A stretch of 30,507 nucleotides of DNA from Thermoanaerobaculia bacterium (lineage in GTDB: Bacteria > Acidobacteriota > Thermoanaerobaculia > Gp7-AA8). Shown piece by piece: positions 27,860 to 30,507 of this stretch. Within the stretch, counting starts at the first letter, position 1. The number at the start of each line of letters is the position of its first letter. A model generated the notes under the pieces. That model did not search any database, was not told the origin of the DNA, and saw only the letters and a list, made by a program, of their open reading frames with translations. A program made the translations under genes and the position numbers. Location: contig DASVHS010000314.1 in the NCBI GenBank assembly GCA_036382495.1, positions 1 through 30,507 on the forward strand, written 5' to 3'.

Positions 27860-27945
27860 AGGCAGAGGGCAGAGGGCAGAAGGCAGAAGTGGTTATCGCG
27901 AGCGCGGAACACTTCTGCCTTCTGCCCTCTGCCTTCTGACTTCTT
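27860..27945. repeat. Palindromic heptamer element, CAGARGG variant of the CAGAGSG family, between livH and livM
   Basis: cagaggg cagaggg cagaagg cagaagt ... acttctg ccttctg ccctctg ccttctg. Confidence 0.95.
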
Positions 27946-27960
27946 CCTTGGGAGTCCCAC

Positions 27961-29008
<1,048 letters not shown>

Positions 29009-29016
<8 letters not shown>

Positions 29017-29800
29017 CGGCAACATCATCCTCGACGCGAAAAACGTGACGATCCGTTTCGGCGGTCTGACCGCCGTCTCGAGTTTCGATCTCACGATCCG
29101 CGACGGTGAGCTCGTCGGTCTCATCGGCCCGAACGGCGCCGGCAAGACGACGATCTTCAACATGCTGACGGGCGTGTACAAGCCGACCGAAGGCGAGATC
29201 CGCGTCGGCGATCACACGACGGTGAAGATGAAGCCGTACCAGATCACGGCACGCGGCGTCGCGCGCACGTTTCAGAACATCCGCCTCTTCAAGGAGCTGA
29301 GCGTCCTCGACAACGTGAAGATCGGCGGCCACATCCACTACACATACTCCGGCACGTCGGCTGTGCTCCACACGAATCGCTTTTTCGCGGCCGAGCAGGT
29401 CGGCGAGGACGAGGCGCTCAAGCTGCTCGCGATCTTCGGACTCGAAGATCGCGCGCAGTACCTGGCGAAGAATCTTCCGTATGGCGATCAGCGGCGGCTC
29501 GAGATCGCGCGCGCTCTCGCCGCGCGTCCGCGGCTGCTCCTGCTCGACGAGCCCGCGGCGGGACTCAACACCGGCGAGACGCTTGCGCTCATGGACAAGA
29601 TCCACGAGATCCGCGACCGGTTCAAAGTGGCGGTGCTTCTCATCGAGCACAACATGGAACTGGTGATGGGGATCTGCGAGCGCATCATCGTGCTCAACTT
29701 CGGCAAGACGATCGCGCAGGGAACTCCCGAACAGATCCGCGCCGATCCCATGGTGATCGAGGCTTACCTTGGCGAACCGGCGGAGGCGGCCGAAGCGTGA
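29009..29800 (+). CDS. livG: Branched-chain amino acid ABC transporter ATP-binding protein LivG
   Basis: GPNGAGKTT, ARTFQNIRLF, LPYGDQRRLEIARAL and LDEPAAG motifs. Confidence 0.95.
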
Positions 29801-30507
29801 CCGCGATCCTCTCCGTGGAAGGCCTCGAGGTCGCGTACGGGACGATCCCGGCGCTGCACGGCATCGACCTCGAAGTGCAGAAAGGCGAGATTGTCACGCT
29901 CATCGGCGCAAACGGCGCCGGCAAGACGACGACGCTCCGCACGATCTCCGGACTTCTGAAGCCGCGCAAAGGCGACGTGCATTTCAATGGGAAATCGATC
30001 GCCGGCGTGAAGCCGCACATCATCACGGCGATGGGTGTGTCGCATGTGCCGGAAGGGCGCGGCATTTTCGCGAACCTGACCGTCTCGGAGAATCTCGAGC
30101 TCGGCGCGTACCTGCGCAAAGACCGGATCACGAAAGCGGAGTACGAGCGCGTGTTCACGCTCTTTCCGGTGTTGAAGGAGCGGATGAAGCAGAACTCCGG
30201 CACGTTGTCGGGAGGCGAGCAACAGATGCTGGCGATCTCCCGGGCGCTGATGGCGAAGCCGACGGTCCTCCTTCTCGACGAGCCGTCGCTCGGACTGGCG
30301 CCGCAGATGGTGCAGACGATCTTCCGCGTCATCCGCGAGATCAATTCCGAGGGGACGACGATCCTGCTGGTTGAGCAGAATGCGCATATGGCGCTCATGA
30401 CCGCCCGCCGTGCGTACGTCATGGAGACCGGCCGCATCGTCGCCGCCGACGACACCAAAGCCCTGCTCTCCTCGGATCGGATCAAAAAGGCCTACCTGGG
30501 CGGGTAG
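29797..30507 (+). CDS. livF: Branched-chain amino acid ABC transporter ATP-binding protein LivF
   Basis: GANGAGKTT, VPEGRGIF, LSGGEQQML, LDEPSLGLAP and LVEQN motifs. Confidence 0.96.
   Translation: MTAILSVEGLEVAYGTIPALHGIDLEVQKGEIVTLIGANGAGKTTTLRTISGLLKPRKGDVHFNGKSIAGVKPHIITAMGVSHVPEGRGIFANLTVSENLELGAYLRKDRITKAEYERVFTLFPVLKERMKQNSGTLSGGEQQMLAISRALMAKPTVLLLDEPSLGLAPQMVQTIFRVIREINSEGTTILLVEQNAHMALMTARRAYVMETGRIVAADDTKALLSSDRIKKAYLGG

Overview
This is a high-GC, gene-dense chromosomal window from a diderm bacterium; an Acidobacteriota-like origin is my impression, not verified. It is mostly housekeeping: a partial MDR-family oxidoreductase, an Omp85-like barrel, an OmpA-domain protein, a SpoIID/LytB lipoprotein, pyrR-pyrB-pyrC, two stand-alone receivers, a PilT/PilU ATPase, queF, ribD-ribE, an HtrA protease, a GlsB/YeaQ protein, pfkA, an enoyl-CoA hydratase, an aldo/keto reductase, two tandem GT-C glycosyltransferases, an aldehyde dehydrogenase and a livKHMGF-type ABC transporter. 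I see no mobile element, CRISPR array, rRNA or tRNA. The main unexplained structures are: (1) 12 intergenic elements built from tandem 7-8-mers, 11 of them followed by reverse-complement units, in six unrelated unit sequences, several abutting SD-less start codons; (2) an FHA gene and a scramblase/LURP-like gene that fuse in frame across an A10 tract by a -1 shift; (3) an apparently cluster-less radical-SAM-like protein with a PolX-type helical tail, coupled to ribE; (4) a PilT/PilU ATPase with a coiled-coil tail that has its own in-frame SD and ATG; (5) frequent leaderless-type TANNNT promoters; and (6) a probable CTG start for livM. All family assignments come from motif recognition by eye, with no database searches.
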